From contig CM069149.1 in NCBI GenBank assembly GCA_035221665.1, forward strand, positions 29,574,001-29,638,000: 64,000 nt of DNA, given 5' to 3'. The DNA comes from Okamejei kenojei (taxonomy: Eukaryota). The first letter of the stretch is position 1. Each line of letters opens with the position of its first letter. Below the pieces are notes generated by a model, which worked only from the letters and a program-made list of their open reading frames with translations, did not search any database and was not told the DNA's origin. Shown here piece by piece: positions 24,480 through 37,240 of this stretch. Position numbers and translations under genes: made by a program.

Positions 24480-25200
24480 AATGTCATGTAAATTTTTCAT
24501 TTTCGTAAGGTAGGCACTCACTACCTTTCCAGACCACTTGTCGCATCGTTCTTCCCATTTTCACTGGTAATTCTGTATTGACTCCTTCAGCTCTGCCCAG
24601 TCTGGGAGCAGATGTTTCGTGTGCCAGCTCCCAGAATATACATTCAAATGATCACTCTCTTTGGAATCCATTATCGTATTCGGAATTATCACCTTGATAC
24701 GAGGCCTTGATGAAGAGCTGATTGAGGAATTTCCATAAGGCAATCTCCCAGCCTGACTATATCTTTCAACATCAGTCCTGAGCCTGCCATGGTGATGGTA
24801 GTCCAGCAACGACCTCTAAATCTTTTTGTTTACACCCCTGGCAGTTTTTTGTCCCTAGAATCTCTGTTTTCCACTCATGAGCATTTCATGTAAAATCTGT
24901 ACTTCCTGTTTTCATTCACTGAGACTTCAGCCTCCATATCAACTAATAGTAAATTCACTGCATCCTTTATCTTCCCTAAATATCTTCCATTGCCCATGTT
25001 CAGAGTTCCCCTTGATCGCAACATTCAGTTGGCATTGATGCTCTCATCGTGGCAATTTGTAAATCAGTCTCTGATCATTTCTTTGCATCAAGGCCTGAAT
25101 TTTAATTTTTCCATCAACCCACCTTGTCTAACCAGGCAAATAAAACACTCTGTCCATTTTCCGCAGTCCCAGCATTCATACTTTTGACTTCATCATGAGC
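24480..25200 (-). mobile_element. Highly degenerate Gypsy-like gag remnant (tentative)
   Basis: Minus-strand fragments NSGLDAKK*SETDLQIATMRASMPTEC and DAVNLLLVDMEAEVSVNENRKYRFY resemble N-terminal gag motifs of Mag-type Gypsy elements. Confidence 0.35.
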
Positions 25201-26339
25201 AGTTGATCACTGCAGAATTTGAAGTCACAACCTCTTCTACCATCTGGGGTATACCTATTGACATTTAAAAAACATAGTTTCTGTCTTTCTCGTCCTTTCC
25301 CTTGAATGTAAGCTTCAAGTTCAAAGTCCAAGGAAAATAACATTTATGTATCGATTGCCAAATCTGATTGTACCACATTTCAGTCAAGTCTTTCTCTCTG
25401 TTGCTATGATCTGCCCATAATGAAATGATAAACTCAGCTTATCTTTTCCTGACCATTTGATTAAAGGACTTTGGTACATGGATAGGACAGGTTTGGAGCG
25501 ATATGGACCAGATGCTGGCAGGTGGGACGAGGGTATCTGGGATATCTTGGCCGCTGTGGGCAAGTTGGGCCAAAGGGCCTGTTTCCTCACTCTATGACTT
25601 GCCTAATCCTGCATCCAAAGATATCGAAGATTCTGTGAAGTTCTTTTCACAAAGGCTGAGGTTTCCCATCCACCTGCAATGTGCCATTTTGCTCCATGAC
25701 CAAGTCCAGAAGGCAGCATTTTCCATTGTGCTTCCTCACCATGTTGGTGGTTATTTCCATTTTCTTTCAATCTACCTGATGGCTTGATCGCTTGTGTTAT
25801 CTCAGGTGTGGGACCTATCTCTTGCTTCTTTAACCCCATTCCACCAATTTGTTGAACCAGCATCTTTCTGTCCATGCTATCTGATTTTACATATATGCGA
25901 ATTACAGTAGGAATTGTTCCCTAAACCTCCCCCCCCCCCCCCCCCCCATCAGTTTAAGATCATGGCTGGTCTGATTGTAAACTCAATTCTAGATTGGTAT
26001 CCAACCGCACTAACTTCTCTCCGTTTTGCCACTAATGGATCTGTATTTATTCCTAAAAAATGTTCAAAGATTCTATTTCCACTACCATTTGAGGAAGAAA
26101 GTTCCAAACACTCGTGACCATCTAAGGGACAAAATTGTGTCTAATTTTACTTTAAATGGAAAATATACTCGCAAGAAGAAAAATACTCTCCACATCTGTC
26201 AAGACCCCTCAGAAGCTTGTGTGCTTCCAACAATAATGCATTAATATATATTAATAATTTTAATATGAATGTATGAGGCATGAATAGTAAGTTTGCTGAT
26301 GACATCAACATTTATGTGAATTCACCCCGTACAGCAGAT

Positions 26340-27195
26340 AATCCTCCAACATTTTTGCCACCTCCAGTGGGATCTCCACTCCTTTCCGCTTTCTGCAGAG
26401 ACTGCTCCCTCCACAACTCCCTGATTAACTCATCCCTTCCCACCCAAACCACGTCTTCACCAGGGACTTTCTCCTGCAACTGCAGGAGATGCAACACCTG
26501 TCCTTTACCTCCTCCCTCGCCTCCATCCAAGGATCATGATGGTCCTTTCAGGTGAGGCAGAGATTCACTTGCATCTCCTCCAACCTCATCTACTGTAACG
26601 GATGTTCCAGGTGTGTATTATATATCAGCGAGACCAAACGCAGGCTCGGCGATTGTTTTGATGAACATCTCCGATGTCCACCTAGGTCTATGCAATCTCC
26701 TGGTTGCTAAACACTTTAGGTTCCTCTCCCATTTGCATACTGACCTTACTGGCCTGGGCCTCCTCCACTGTCAGAGAGAGGCCCTACGCAAATTGGAGGA
26801 ACAACACCTCACATTTCACTTGGGGAGCTTACAACCATGAGGTACAGTATGAATTTTGATTTCTCTAACTTCAAGTAATTCTTGTTTTCTCCCTCTCTCC
26901 GTCCCTTCCCCACTCCGGTTCTCCAATTAGTTTCTTGACTAATTTTACTGATTTTACGCCTCGTTGTCACCGTCCCCTCAGCTAACCATCAACCATTCTG
27001 CATTTCCTTGATCGTCAGCTTTGATCTGTCGTTTTCACACCTTAACCGTCCATATCTCTAGTCTCTCTCCTATAGTCTTCTCTAATCTCTCTCCCTATCC
27101 TCTGACATTCAGTCTGAAGAAGGGTCTCGACCTGAAACATCATCCATTCTTTCCCACTAGTCGCGCTGAGTTTCTCCAGCATTTTGTGTCTACAT
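26340..27195 (+). mobile_element. Penelope-like element 3' part: GIY-YIG remnant plus terminal repeat with hammerhead motif
   Basis: From 26546: FQVRQRFTCISSNLIYCNGCSRCVLYISETKRRLGDCFDEHLR; RKLEEQHLTFHLGSLQP; then agtCTGAAGAagggtctcgacctGAAAcatc at ~27111-27142. Confidence 0.9.
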
Positions 27196-28994
27196 CAAAA
27201 TTGTTATTGTTGATAATTTAAATGAAGAGAATAATCTTAGGTTACAGAACAATATTGATTAATTAATAAAAACGAGATCAATGGCAGATGGAATTTAACC
27301 CTGTTAAGTACAACATGGAATGTCTGATAAAGGCAAGTCATGCAACATGAATGGTAGGCCACTTGAGTGTATTGAGGAACAGTGAGTCCTTGGTGAACAA
27401 GTCCATAGATCCCAAAATGTTTTTAATATTTTGAATGCATTGAGAAGATGGTGGAGGATAGTATTGTTAAAACGTTCAAACAAATATCTGGATGAGCACT
27501 TGAATTGCTTTGGCAGAGAAGGCCAAGAGCTGGTAAATAAGATTGGTATAGATAGATTTTGCCAGCTGATCTGAGGGCACGGCCAGGGACTCCCTCCAGA
27601 CCCGTTGCTTTCTGCGGATTCATTTTCAGAATAAAGTCCCCAAACTAGCTTAATGGATAGGATTGATCCTGTTGATATTTTCTTCTTGGATTTTCAGACT
27701 CCCTTTGGTAAGGTATCGTGTTAGCACCTCGATGTTTCAATGAAAAGTTAATATGCTGGATTGAGAATTAATTCAATTCCAACTGTCCAAAAGCTGTGCT
27801 CATCAGTTGCGAATTGCCCTGGAGTTATCTTGAAGAGATCCATGTTGGGGCCCAGTGCTGATCATTTTTTTTTTAAATGTTCATAAGGACATTTGCGCAA
27901 AGTTTAAACTTTAGAGAAGTGTAATGTACTGCAAAAAACACCTGGTAAATTGTAGCATTATACAAGTAGGTTCAACCAACACAGAATATGCATATTATTT
28001 GTAGAAAACAACACTGAACTGGCAGACAGGGAAAATAATCAAGGTGTTATTGTGCGCAGGCCATTGAAGGCTAATTATCGATACAGAAAAATTATATCTA
28101 ACACAAGATGCATCATCCTGAATATCAAAAGATGCCTTATTAGATCTTGTGTGATGAACCGAGATTTCTCAAGCAAAATATACAAGAACCTATTTACTGT
28201 TGAGAAAATTAATGTTGGTTTAAAATACATAAAGGGCCAGGTTATATAAATTGATGGACAAACTTTGACAGATTGAAATGGAAGCTGGGAAGCGCATTCA
28301 GATCAGTAAAAGCTTGAACTAGGCTGCATATTAGCAGCCTTTTTCCTAGCGAACAGATGGTCTTTTCTCTATGTGCTTCAAAAACAGAGCTTGACCGCAT
28401 TTTTGTTGGGCTAGATTGCATCCTGTTGATGAAAAGTGGAGTAACAATTTAAGGTATGCATAATTAATTTGACCTTCTGTAGTGCTTATAATTGCCTGAG
28501 GGAATTTTTATTATTTTCCTGCCATTCCCTGATTAAATGGCGAGTCAACGCGTGTGTAGTTTAATTTTGTAGCATAGTTGATAGATCTACTGATCCCTCT
28601 TTGCCTATCATTTATCCAAGTTGTAAACAGTTGAGATATATATTGAAAGGCTTCCAAATGTCCAGGCACCCACCACCCTCCATGTAAAGGGTGCAGCTCC
28701 TCCAATGCTAGCCGATCGCCTGCCTAGTGCGGAATGTGCATGATAATGGAGATGAATTCCTTGGGAGATAGAAAGGACGGCACTTCGCTGCTAGATACTC
28801 CAGGTGCAGAGAGCAAGAGTTGGACAGAAACACTACATGAAATGACATGCAATCAGAACCTCAATGTGGTCATTACAGATAAAGCATGGGTTTGCCACAA
28901 AATGATCACCTTAAAGCCCCTGTAGACTGGGGTCTGGCTGTGTTGTTTGGGGACGGGGGGGGAGGGGGGGGGGGAGGGGGGAGGGGGGGGAGGG

Positions 28995-29470
28995 GGTACC
29001 AGGGTTATGTTTCTGATTTTCAAACCTGCAGTAAAACTCATTCAGGTCGTTGGTCAGCTGACGATTGTCCAGAGAGCGGGGGGCTTTCCCTTTGTAGTTG
29101 GTAATTTCTTGCATGCCCTTCCAAACTGAAGAAGAGTCACTAGCTGAGAACTTGCTCCTCAACTTCTCAGAGTACCTTTCCTTGGCAGCTCTGATTCCTC
29201 TTCTCAGCTTGTACTTGGCCTGCCTGTAGAGGTATGCATCCCCGCTCCTGTAGGCCCCCTCTTTAGACCGTCGAAGCTGTTGAGTTCTGCAGTGAACCAG
29301 GGCTTGTTGTTGTTGAACCATGTCCGGGTCTTAGTTGGAATGCAACTTTCCTCGCAAAAGCTGACATATGATGATACAGTGACCGTATTACTCATCGAGG
29401 CTTGTGGTTGCTTCCCTGAACACATTCCACTCCATGCAGTCAAAGCAGGATTGTAGGTTCTCAATGCCTT
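28995..29470 (-). mobile_element. Rex1/Babar-like LINE fragment
   Basis: VSSYVSFCEESCIPTKTRTWFNNNKPWFTAEL and YRQAKYKLRRGIRAAKERYSEKL..VWKGMQEITNYK. Confidence 0.85.
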
Positions 29471-29555
29471 CGCATTGAGAACCTACAAGTAGGAACTGCA
29501 GATGCTGTTTTACAATAAAATACATAAAATGCTGGATTAATGCAGCGTTCATATA

Positions 29556-30437
29556 CAGTGCATTCAGAAAGTATTCAGACTCGTTCACTTTTTCACATTT
29601 TGTTACGATACAGCCTTCGATACAGATGAGAAGCCACTCCTCAGTAAAAGGCACATGGTAGCCCGCTTGGAGTTTGCCAAAAAGCATGAGAAACAAGATT
29701 GCCTGGTCTGATGAAACCAAGATTGAACTCTTTGGCCTGAATGCCAAGCGTCATGCCTGGAGGAAACCAGGCACCGCTCATCACTTGGCCAATAACATAC
29801 CTACGGTGAAGCATGGTGGTGGCAGCATCATGCTGTAGGGATGTTTCTCAGCGGCAGGAACTGGGAATCTAGTCAGGATCGAGGGAAAGATGAACGGAGC
29901 AGAGTACAGAGAGATCCTTGATGAAAACCTCCAGAGCGTTCTGGACCTCAGACTGGGGCAAAGGTTCACCTTCCAACAGGACAACGCAGGAGTGGCTTCG
30001 TGACAAGTCTGTGAATGTCCTTGAGTGGCCCAGTCAGAGCCCCGACTTGAACCTGATCGAACATCTCTGGAGGGACCTGAAAATAGCTATGCATCAACAC
30101 TCCCCATCCAACCTGACAGAACCTGAGAGAAGAATGGGAGAAATTACCCAAATAGAGCTGTGCCAAGCTTGTAGCGTCACACCCAAGAAGACTTGAGGCT
30201 GTAATCGCTGCCAAAGGTGCCTCAACAAAGTACTGAGTAAGGGGTCTGAATACTTATCTAAATGCGATACTTCAGTTATCTTTTTAATTACTTTTCAAAA
30301 ATGTAGCTTTTTTATTATTGGGTATTGTGTGCAGATTGATGATTTAAGAAAATGAATTTAATCCGTTTTAGAATAAGGCTGTAACATAACAAAATGTGGA
30401 AAAAGTGAAGGGGTCTGAATATTTTCTGAATGCACTG
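29556..30437 (+). mobile_element. Internally deleted Tc1-family transposon (second family)
   Basis: TA-cagtgcattcagaaagtattcagac ... gtctgaatattttctgaatgcactg-TA; WSDETKIELFG, TVKHGGGSIML, FQQDN and [15 protein letters not shown] motifs. Confidence 0.93.
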
Positions 30438-31599
30438 TACATGTAGTTGGTGCAGTTGCTTTTGCTTATGAGAGTTGACCTTAACTTACAAAATAGTGAA
30501 AGGCCTGGATAGAGTTAATGTGGGGAGGATAGTGGGAAAGTCTAGGATCAGAGGACAGTCTCGGAATAAAAGGATGCAACTTTAGAAAGAGGATGAGAAG
30601 AATTTCTTTAGTCAGGGGCTGATGAACCTGTGGAATTCATTGCTACAGACGGCTGTTGAGGTCAATGAATATTTTTAAGGTGGAGATTGACGCCCGTACT
30701 CACTAAGAATCGGTCAGAAGTAATGGGCAGTAGGCAAGTGAATTGAGTTGAGAGGGAAAGATAGATCAACCATGATTGAATGGCGGGGTAGATATTTGGG
30801 CCGAGTGGTATAATTCTGCTCCTAGAACTTATCAGGAAGGAACTCGGTTAAAGCAAATGGTTGAATGTCAGTTGTGTGGTTTGAGTTTCAAGTCTCCCAA
30901 CACCGCGCACCATCATCTTTGAGGCCTTCACGTCAACGCCAAATGAATCCGCCGAGGCTTTGAGGAGGCGCATCTGTCTCTGGATCAAGGCTTTATCGAG
31001 TAACAATAAGAAGCCACGTGGCCCCTGTGAAAGACCAGCTAAACGCATTCCATTAGTGATGAAACTACCTAAGTATTTGATATCGAGCGGCACCCTCTCA
31101 TCGCACGCAGATTGGTAACAATAAAAACACACGATACAAGTAACATCACTTTGATGTTGCACTCTGGTCATTGCTGCAGCTGTCTTGCGTTCAACAAGCG
31201 CCCTACATTTTATTAGAAAGTAAACTCAACACCAAAGTTTTCGAGAAACAAGGAACTGCAGATGCTGGGGGTTCACAAACAGAAACTACTTTGAAAACGA
31301 ATGTCATTTCGAACATTTCTCTGGCGTTGATGTCTTTGTTCTAGTGGCTACCCACCAAGCTCCCAGTGTCGCACAAACTCCCGCGGTCCCATTCATTCAT
31401 TCAATTGCTGCCTCTGATATCCTGCCGTGGGGCTGCTGATGTCATTACATTTCATCATAAAAGGGGGTGGGAACTGGCTGTGGGATTCTGCTTCCTCTTT
31501 GACGGAGGGAGGGGGAGGGAAAAGGAAAAGAGAGAGAGAGAGAGAAAAAAAAAGTCACTTCACAGCGATTTGCTAACGAGAGCAAAGATAAATTTCATG

Positions 31600-32250
31600 G
31601 TGCCTGCCCGCTACGGACGGCGTTGGGTGGGGGGTGAGGCGCAAGGCTGCAGACCTCGCTGCCGTGCGAACCTACCGCCTTGTGCAGCCTGCCAGTGGTT
31701 CATTGCAGTCCTTGCGAGCTGGTTGGCCCCCGGCGCGCCACGTGAGGCGAGTCACCGGACAGCTGGGGGCGGCGGGCTGGGTGGGGGGGAGGGACGGGGG
31801 GAATCCAGGCGCTAGCAGAGGAGCCCTGAGCCATCCCGACTGCTTTCAATAATAAATAATAATAAAAAAAAAAAAACCAACAACCAGAGGACCTAACGCT
31901 GTTATGGGAGACAAGAAGAGTCCCACCAGGTAGAGTACTTTCGGACCCGCCACTCCCTCCGGGGAGGGGGCTGGGGGAGAGAAAGAGAGAAGAGGAACAG
32001 GAGCTCCCTTTAAATGTTTTCATGGTGGAGGGTGACCGATGGCAGAATGGGAGCCGATGGCTGTGGAGCAGAATGTCGGGGAGCTCGATACAATGTAGCA
32101 GCCATGGCGGACGGGATTGTTACAGTCGCCAGTGTGCGTGCTTGCGTGCGTGGGAAATTGACATGGGAAGCTGCGATTTCGCTGAAACGATCTGGCCCTT
32201 TTTTCTTTTGATCGGCACCGATTGCCGCGAAGGTCTTTAGAGGAGGAGAA
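31600..32250 (+). promoter_or_regulatory. CpG/GC-rich promoter and first-intron region of YAF2
   Basis: Local CpG and GC enrichment (ggcgcgcc, ggggcggcggg) around the ATG exon in an otherwise AT-rich region. Confidence 0.6.
31904..31929 (+). CDS. YAF2: YAF2 first coding exon (MGDKKSPTR)
   Basis: ATG GGA GAC AAG AAG AGT CCC ACC AG|gtagag; identical to the human YAF2 N-terminus. Confidence 0.93.
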
Positions 32251-32417
32251 GTGGCGGGGGAGGAGGAGGGAGGGAAGAAGAAGAAGAAGGAGGGAGGAAG
32301 AGGAGGAGGAGGGGGAGTTGGGATCAGCCAAAAAAAAAAGCAAACTGTTCGCAGGATAAGCCGGTGTACCTATGTATTTTTTCCTTCTTTCTCCATTTCT
32401 TTTGTTGTCCAAAACAG

Positions 32418-32543
32418 ACCCAAAAGGCAGCCAAAGCCTTCCACAGACGAGGGATACTGGGACTGTAGCGTCTGTACGTTTAGGAACAGCGCAGAGGCTT
32501 TCAAATGCAGTATGTGTGATGTCAGGAAGGGCACATCAACACG
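32418..32543 (+). CDS. YAF2: YAF2 exon 2, RanBP2-type zinc finger ([42 protein letters not shown]). Remaining exons lie beyond the window
   Basis: aaacag acceptor, gtgagt donor; W-x-C-x2-C-x3-N-x6-C-x2-C motif. RQPKP/EGYW (rather than RYBP-type RQAKP/EGFW) and adjacency to ZCRB1 favour YAF2 over RYBP. Confidence 0.95.
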
Positions 32544-34149
32544 GTGAGTATTTCCACTTCCCTGTTTTATTTAATCTCGTCCTTAATATCTCTTTAAACA
32601 AATTAATGTTGCACTACTTGAAATGTGATTGGTGAAGGGGGGGGGGGGGGGGGGGTTCTCAGCGTTCATCATCTGAACAGACTTAGACATATTTGTCGTT
32701 CGAAATTTAGTGCTTCATTTCAAACATTAGTCGGCATATTATCTGTTGTGCAGATTTAGAGCCACATGTCAGAGAGATCTGTGAATGGAATTGTGTTTCT
32801 GGGGTCACTTAAAAGATATTTCTAGACCATTTCTTCTCGGTAACGTCTCATGCTTTGAGAATCTGGCAGTGTAATCACTTGGCCAACCAAACAAAAAGGC
32901 TCTGCCCTTGAATAGAATTATCTCAAAAGCTTGAAGGGTCACGCTAACCAAGCAGCTTTAGCATATATTTCCCTTCAAAACTACATTGTGATCACTGTTC
33001 TAAAAATTATGGACTAATTGATAACTTGGCGTAATTTGTCATACATTGAACTGAAATGGATTTTGCAGAAAATACTCAGCAGGTCGGCTAGTGTTGGTGG
33101 GAAGAGAGACAGTATCTTGGGTTGATGACTTTTCATCAGTACCATCTGAGTTTATCTTGAAACCAGTTTTCTACTGTATTTCCCTACTTGGGCTTTCTAT
33201 TACATACTTCAGCATTGAGGCAAGAAAGCACTGAGCCAGTTGAAATGCTAGTTTGATGTAATAAAATTGGTTTGAGTCTATTGTGAGTAGTTGTGCTAAA
33301 CTGACCATCCTGCAGTGAATGTGGTATCAGTGCAAAGTTTAATTTCCCTCAAGCTTAATATTCATAAGATATTTCTTTAGGAATAGTGTATTGAAAATGT
33401 TTCCCAGTGAAACCATTTGAATCAAGAAATCCAAAGTATGCATTATTTGTGGTTTAGTGGTAGGGTTATTACTTTTCCATAAGAAATACTTATGAAAAAT
33501 TCAGAATGACTTCAAAAATTGTATTTCATTCATATTCAAACATTAGTGCTGTGGGCAGGCATGAAGGAAACCTCTGGTGAAATCAAATAATCATCGTAAA
33601 CATTGCCATTAAGTTGGGATGTTACAGTGCTCATCTCATCTCCATTTCATTCATCAGCTCCTTTACAATGTTCGCTTCAGTAACCTTTTGCTATTTCTCC
33701 CAATGATTAGGTCAGGACTGGGAGTTTTAAAATAGGGAGTCAAAAACCAGCAGGAAAACAAAAATATTTGTTTTGCACACGTCGTAACTGCTGAAACAAA
33801 TAGATGTTCAATATTTAACTAGATTTATTTTTGTGAAATGGCGAAGCACAAATCATTTTTATGGTATATAATTTCTAAATTCAGCACATGAATCACACCT
33901 GATTTTAAGGTACTGTATATTAGCAAAACTGGAAACTAGGCGATTGTTTGCCACTGGACTGTCAGTTACCATGATCTCGTAGATTCATTATGCAGCACTG
34001 CTTCAGCTGTGTGGCGTGTATCAGAAAAGTGAGGTTCTTTTTATTTATTCTCTTTTTTTGTTTTCCATTTTGAAGCCATTGACTTGGATGTACCAGAATA
34101 TCTTTGACTGGGCAACAGTATTGTCCCATTATAACCATATAACAATTAC

Positions 34150-35050
34150 GGCACGGAAACAGGCCCTCTCGGCCCTTCCAGTCCGTGCCGACCATTTGTT
34201 TTCCCCTAGTCCCATCTACCTGCACTCAGACCGTACCCCTCCATTCCCTTCCCGTCCATATACCTATCCATTTTACTTTTAAATGTTAAAATCGATCCTG
34301 CCTCCACCACTTCTGCTGGAAGCTCATTCCACACAGCCACCACCCTCTGAGTAAAGAAGTTCCTCAGCAACTTTTTACTGGCAACATTCTAGTAAATCTC
34401 CTCTGTACTCTCTCTATTTTGTTGACATCCTTCCTATAATTAGGCGACCAAAATTGTACACCATACTCCAGAATTGGTCTTACAAATGCCTTGTACAATT
34501 TTAACATTACTTCCCTACTCCTATATTCAATGCTCTGATTTATAAAGGCCAGCACACCAAAGGCTTTCTTTACCACCCTATCTACATGCGATTCCACCTT
34601 CAGGGAACTATGCACAGTTATTCCTAGATCCCTCTGGCATTCCTCAATGCATGTCCTATTTTGATTTGTCCTGCCAAGATGTAGCACTTCACACTTAACA
34701 GCATTAAACTCCATCTGCCATCTTTCAGCCCACTTTTCCAAATGGCCCAAATCTCTCTGTAGACTTTGAAAATCTACTTCATTATCCACAACACCACCTA
34801 TCTTAGTATCATCTGCATACTTACTTATCCAATTTTCCACCCCATCATCCAGATCATTGATGTACATGACAAACAACAGTGGACCCAACACAGATCCCTG
34901 AGAACCTGCCAAACAGCCATCCACCATTACTCTCTGACATCTCCCATTCAGCCACTGTTGAATCCATCTTGCTACTCCGCCATTAACACACAAAGATTGA
35001 ACCTTCTTAACCAACCTTCCATGGGGAACCTTGTCAAAGGCTTTACTGAA
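34150..35050 (-). mobile_element. CR1-type LINE RT fragment, relatively young
   Basis: ORF 34364-35014(-) QGSVLGPLLFVMYINDLDD..ISKYADDTKIGG..RPILEYGVQFWSP. Confidence 0.93.
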
Positions 35051-35099
35051 TTATTGGAAGGATGTGGAGACTATGGAGGGAGTTTAGAAGTTACAGTGT

Positions 35100-35520
35100 A
35101 TGGATTCGAGTGTATTAGCTACAAGGAGAGGTTGGACAAACTTGGATTGTTTTCTCTAGAATGTTGGCGGCTGAGGGGAGACCTGAGGAAGTATATAAAA
35201 TTAAGAGAGGCATAGATAGAGTAGATGGTCAGAACCTTTCACCCAGTGTGGTAATGTCAAAGACTAGAGGGCATAGTTAAAGGAGATGTGTGGGGCAAGT
35301 TGGTAGTGGTGGCTGTTTGGAGCACACTGCCAGGGATAGTGGTGGAAGTGGATACAACGGGGATATTTAAGAGGCTTTTGGATAGGCATGTGTACTTGTT
35401 GGGAATGGAGGGGAATGGATTGTTTGTAGGCAGGTGAAATTAGTTGATCCTGGCATTATGTATGGCACAAACATTATGGGCCAAAGGGCCTGTTACTGAT
35501 CTGTGCTTTTCTATGTTCTA
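35100..35520 (+). mobile_element. CR1-type LINE 3' end
   Basis: SYKERLDKLGLFSLE..RLRGDL; tail gggccaaagggcctgtt..ctatgttcta. Confidence 0.85.
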
Positions 35521-36467
35521 AATATCCAGTTTTTATGTATGTGCCTTAACCCCTCCAGTCAGTATGCCACCCGATATTCCTTTCCACATCACATGTCCGC
35601 ACAGGCACTCTACATCAAAACTGGCTGCATACTGAGCTGATTCCCTGGCTGATATTTCTCTCCTCTCCACCAGCCTTTAGTTAATTGAGGAGCCAAGGCA
35701 GCTAAAGCCGCCTGTGTTCTATGTATGTTGTAACTTCTCCAACTAAACCGTTGCAACCCTCCTAGTCCATGCAGTCCAATCACTCATCGATGATGTGTCA
35801 TTTGGAAGTATTTTTTTTGAGGCGCCTTTTTCTACGAAAGGTTGAGTGGTTCTATTGAATCCCCTTTGGAAAATGAAGGGCCCAAAAAAAATTGTCATAT
35901 CAGAGTGAAGTTGAAAAATATTGTTTAGCTCAAAGGATTGGTCAACACTGAAGATCTCTTGTTTTCAAAATGATGGGCCTGTACAATCAATGGGAAACGG
36001 GTGGATTGAGTAACATCAATGGGAAACTGGTGGATGGGATTGCAAAAATGGCATTCACTATGCTTTCCTTCATAAGCCAAGCGTGCGTGTTTAAAAGTTG
36101 GGATGTCATGTTAAAGCCATTGCAAATCATTGCCTAGACTGCATTTGGAGTGTTCCGTACAGTTCTGGTTGCCACAATACAGGAGCGATATGGTAGCAAT
36201 AGAGACACTGCCAAAGAGGTTCACCCAGAGGTTGTCTCAAATCCTCTGAAGATGTAACCACATTGATTGAGGAAGGCAGGGGGATACATTTGTTTCAATT
36301 AACTTTGGTAAGGCTTTTGACAAGTCTGGTTGAGAAAGTTAAGTTAAAAGAGATCTGAGATGTGTTGGCAAACTGGATCCCAAAACAGACTTGTTGATAA
36401 GAGGCAAAGGGAAGTGGTGAATAGGCAGTGAAGAGAGTGGGTACTTTTTTTCTGACTGGAAGATTGT

Positions 36468-37240
36468 AACATAGAAAACATAGAAAAATAGGTGCAGGAG
36501 TAGGCCATTCGGCCCTGGGAGCCAGCACTGCCATTCAATATGATCATGGCTGATCATCAAAAAAACAGTACCCCGTTCCTGCTTTTTCCCCGTATCTCTT
36601 GTTTCTTTTAGCCCTAAGAGCTAAATCTAACTCCATCTTGAAAACATCCAGTTAGTTGGCTCTGCCTTCTATGGCAGAGAATTCCACAGATTCTCAACTA
36701 TCTGGGTGAAAACGTTTTCCTCATCTCAGTCCTTAATGGCCTACCCCTTATTCTTAAATTGTGACCCTGGACTCTCCCAACATCAGGAAAAATTTTCCTG
36801 CATCTAGCCGGTCCAATTCTATGATCCCCTTTCAGCCTTCTAAATTCCAGTGAATACAAGCCCAGTTGACCCATTTTTTCATCATATGTCAGACCCACCA
36901 TCCCGGAAATTAACCTGGTGAACCTACGCTGCACTCCCTCAATAGCAATAATGACCTTCCCCAAATTAGGAGACCAAAATTGAGCACAATACTCCAAGTG
37001 CGGCCTCACCAGGGCCCTGTACAACTGCAGTAAGACCTCCTTGCTCCTAAACTCAAATCCTCTCACAATGAAGACCAACATGCCTTCACTGCCTGCTGTA
37101 CCTGCATGCTTACTTTCAGTGACTGATGTACAAGCACACCCAAGTCTGCACCTCCCCTTTTCCTAATCTGACACCAATTAAAATAATAATCTGCCTTCCT
37201 GTTCTTGCCACCAAAGTGGAAAATCTCACATTTATCGAAC
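36468..37240 (-). mobile_element. CR1-type LINE 3' end with (tagaaaaca)n tail
   Basis: ORF 36698-37081(-) LQLYRALVRPHLEYCAQFWSP..LGLYSLEFRRLKGD. Confidence 0.9.

Noticed and set aside
25261-25420. SF2/RecQ helicase motifs (QIIAT ... LEAYIQGKGRER) on the minus strand
   Set aside because: Too short, interrupted by stops and a frameshift, and no other helicase motifs; could be chance
30848-31171. 107-aa ORF upstream of YAF2 as a divergent gene
   Set aside because: Only weak RT-like words (KYLGSFIT, SKMMV), in non-canonical order; no splice or domain support
32101-32211. Strong Kozak ATG (gccATGG) in YAF2 intron 1 as an alternative first exon
   Set aside because: The nearby gtgcgt donors are phase 0, whereas exon 2 needs phase 2; unspliced, the frame stops at 32211. 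ATGGCGG may simply be a YY1-like motif
32251-32417. N-terminal part of the 98-aa ORF (MAGEEEGG...) as the YAF2 start
   Set aside because: Intron read-through; the canonical acceptor ends at 32417 and the true start exon is 31904-31929
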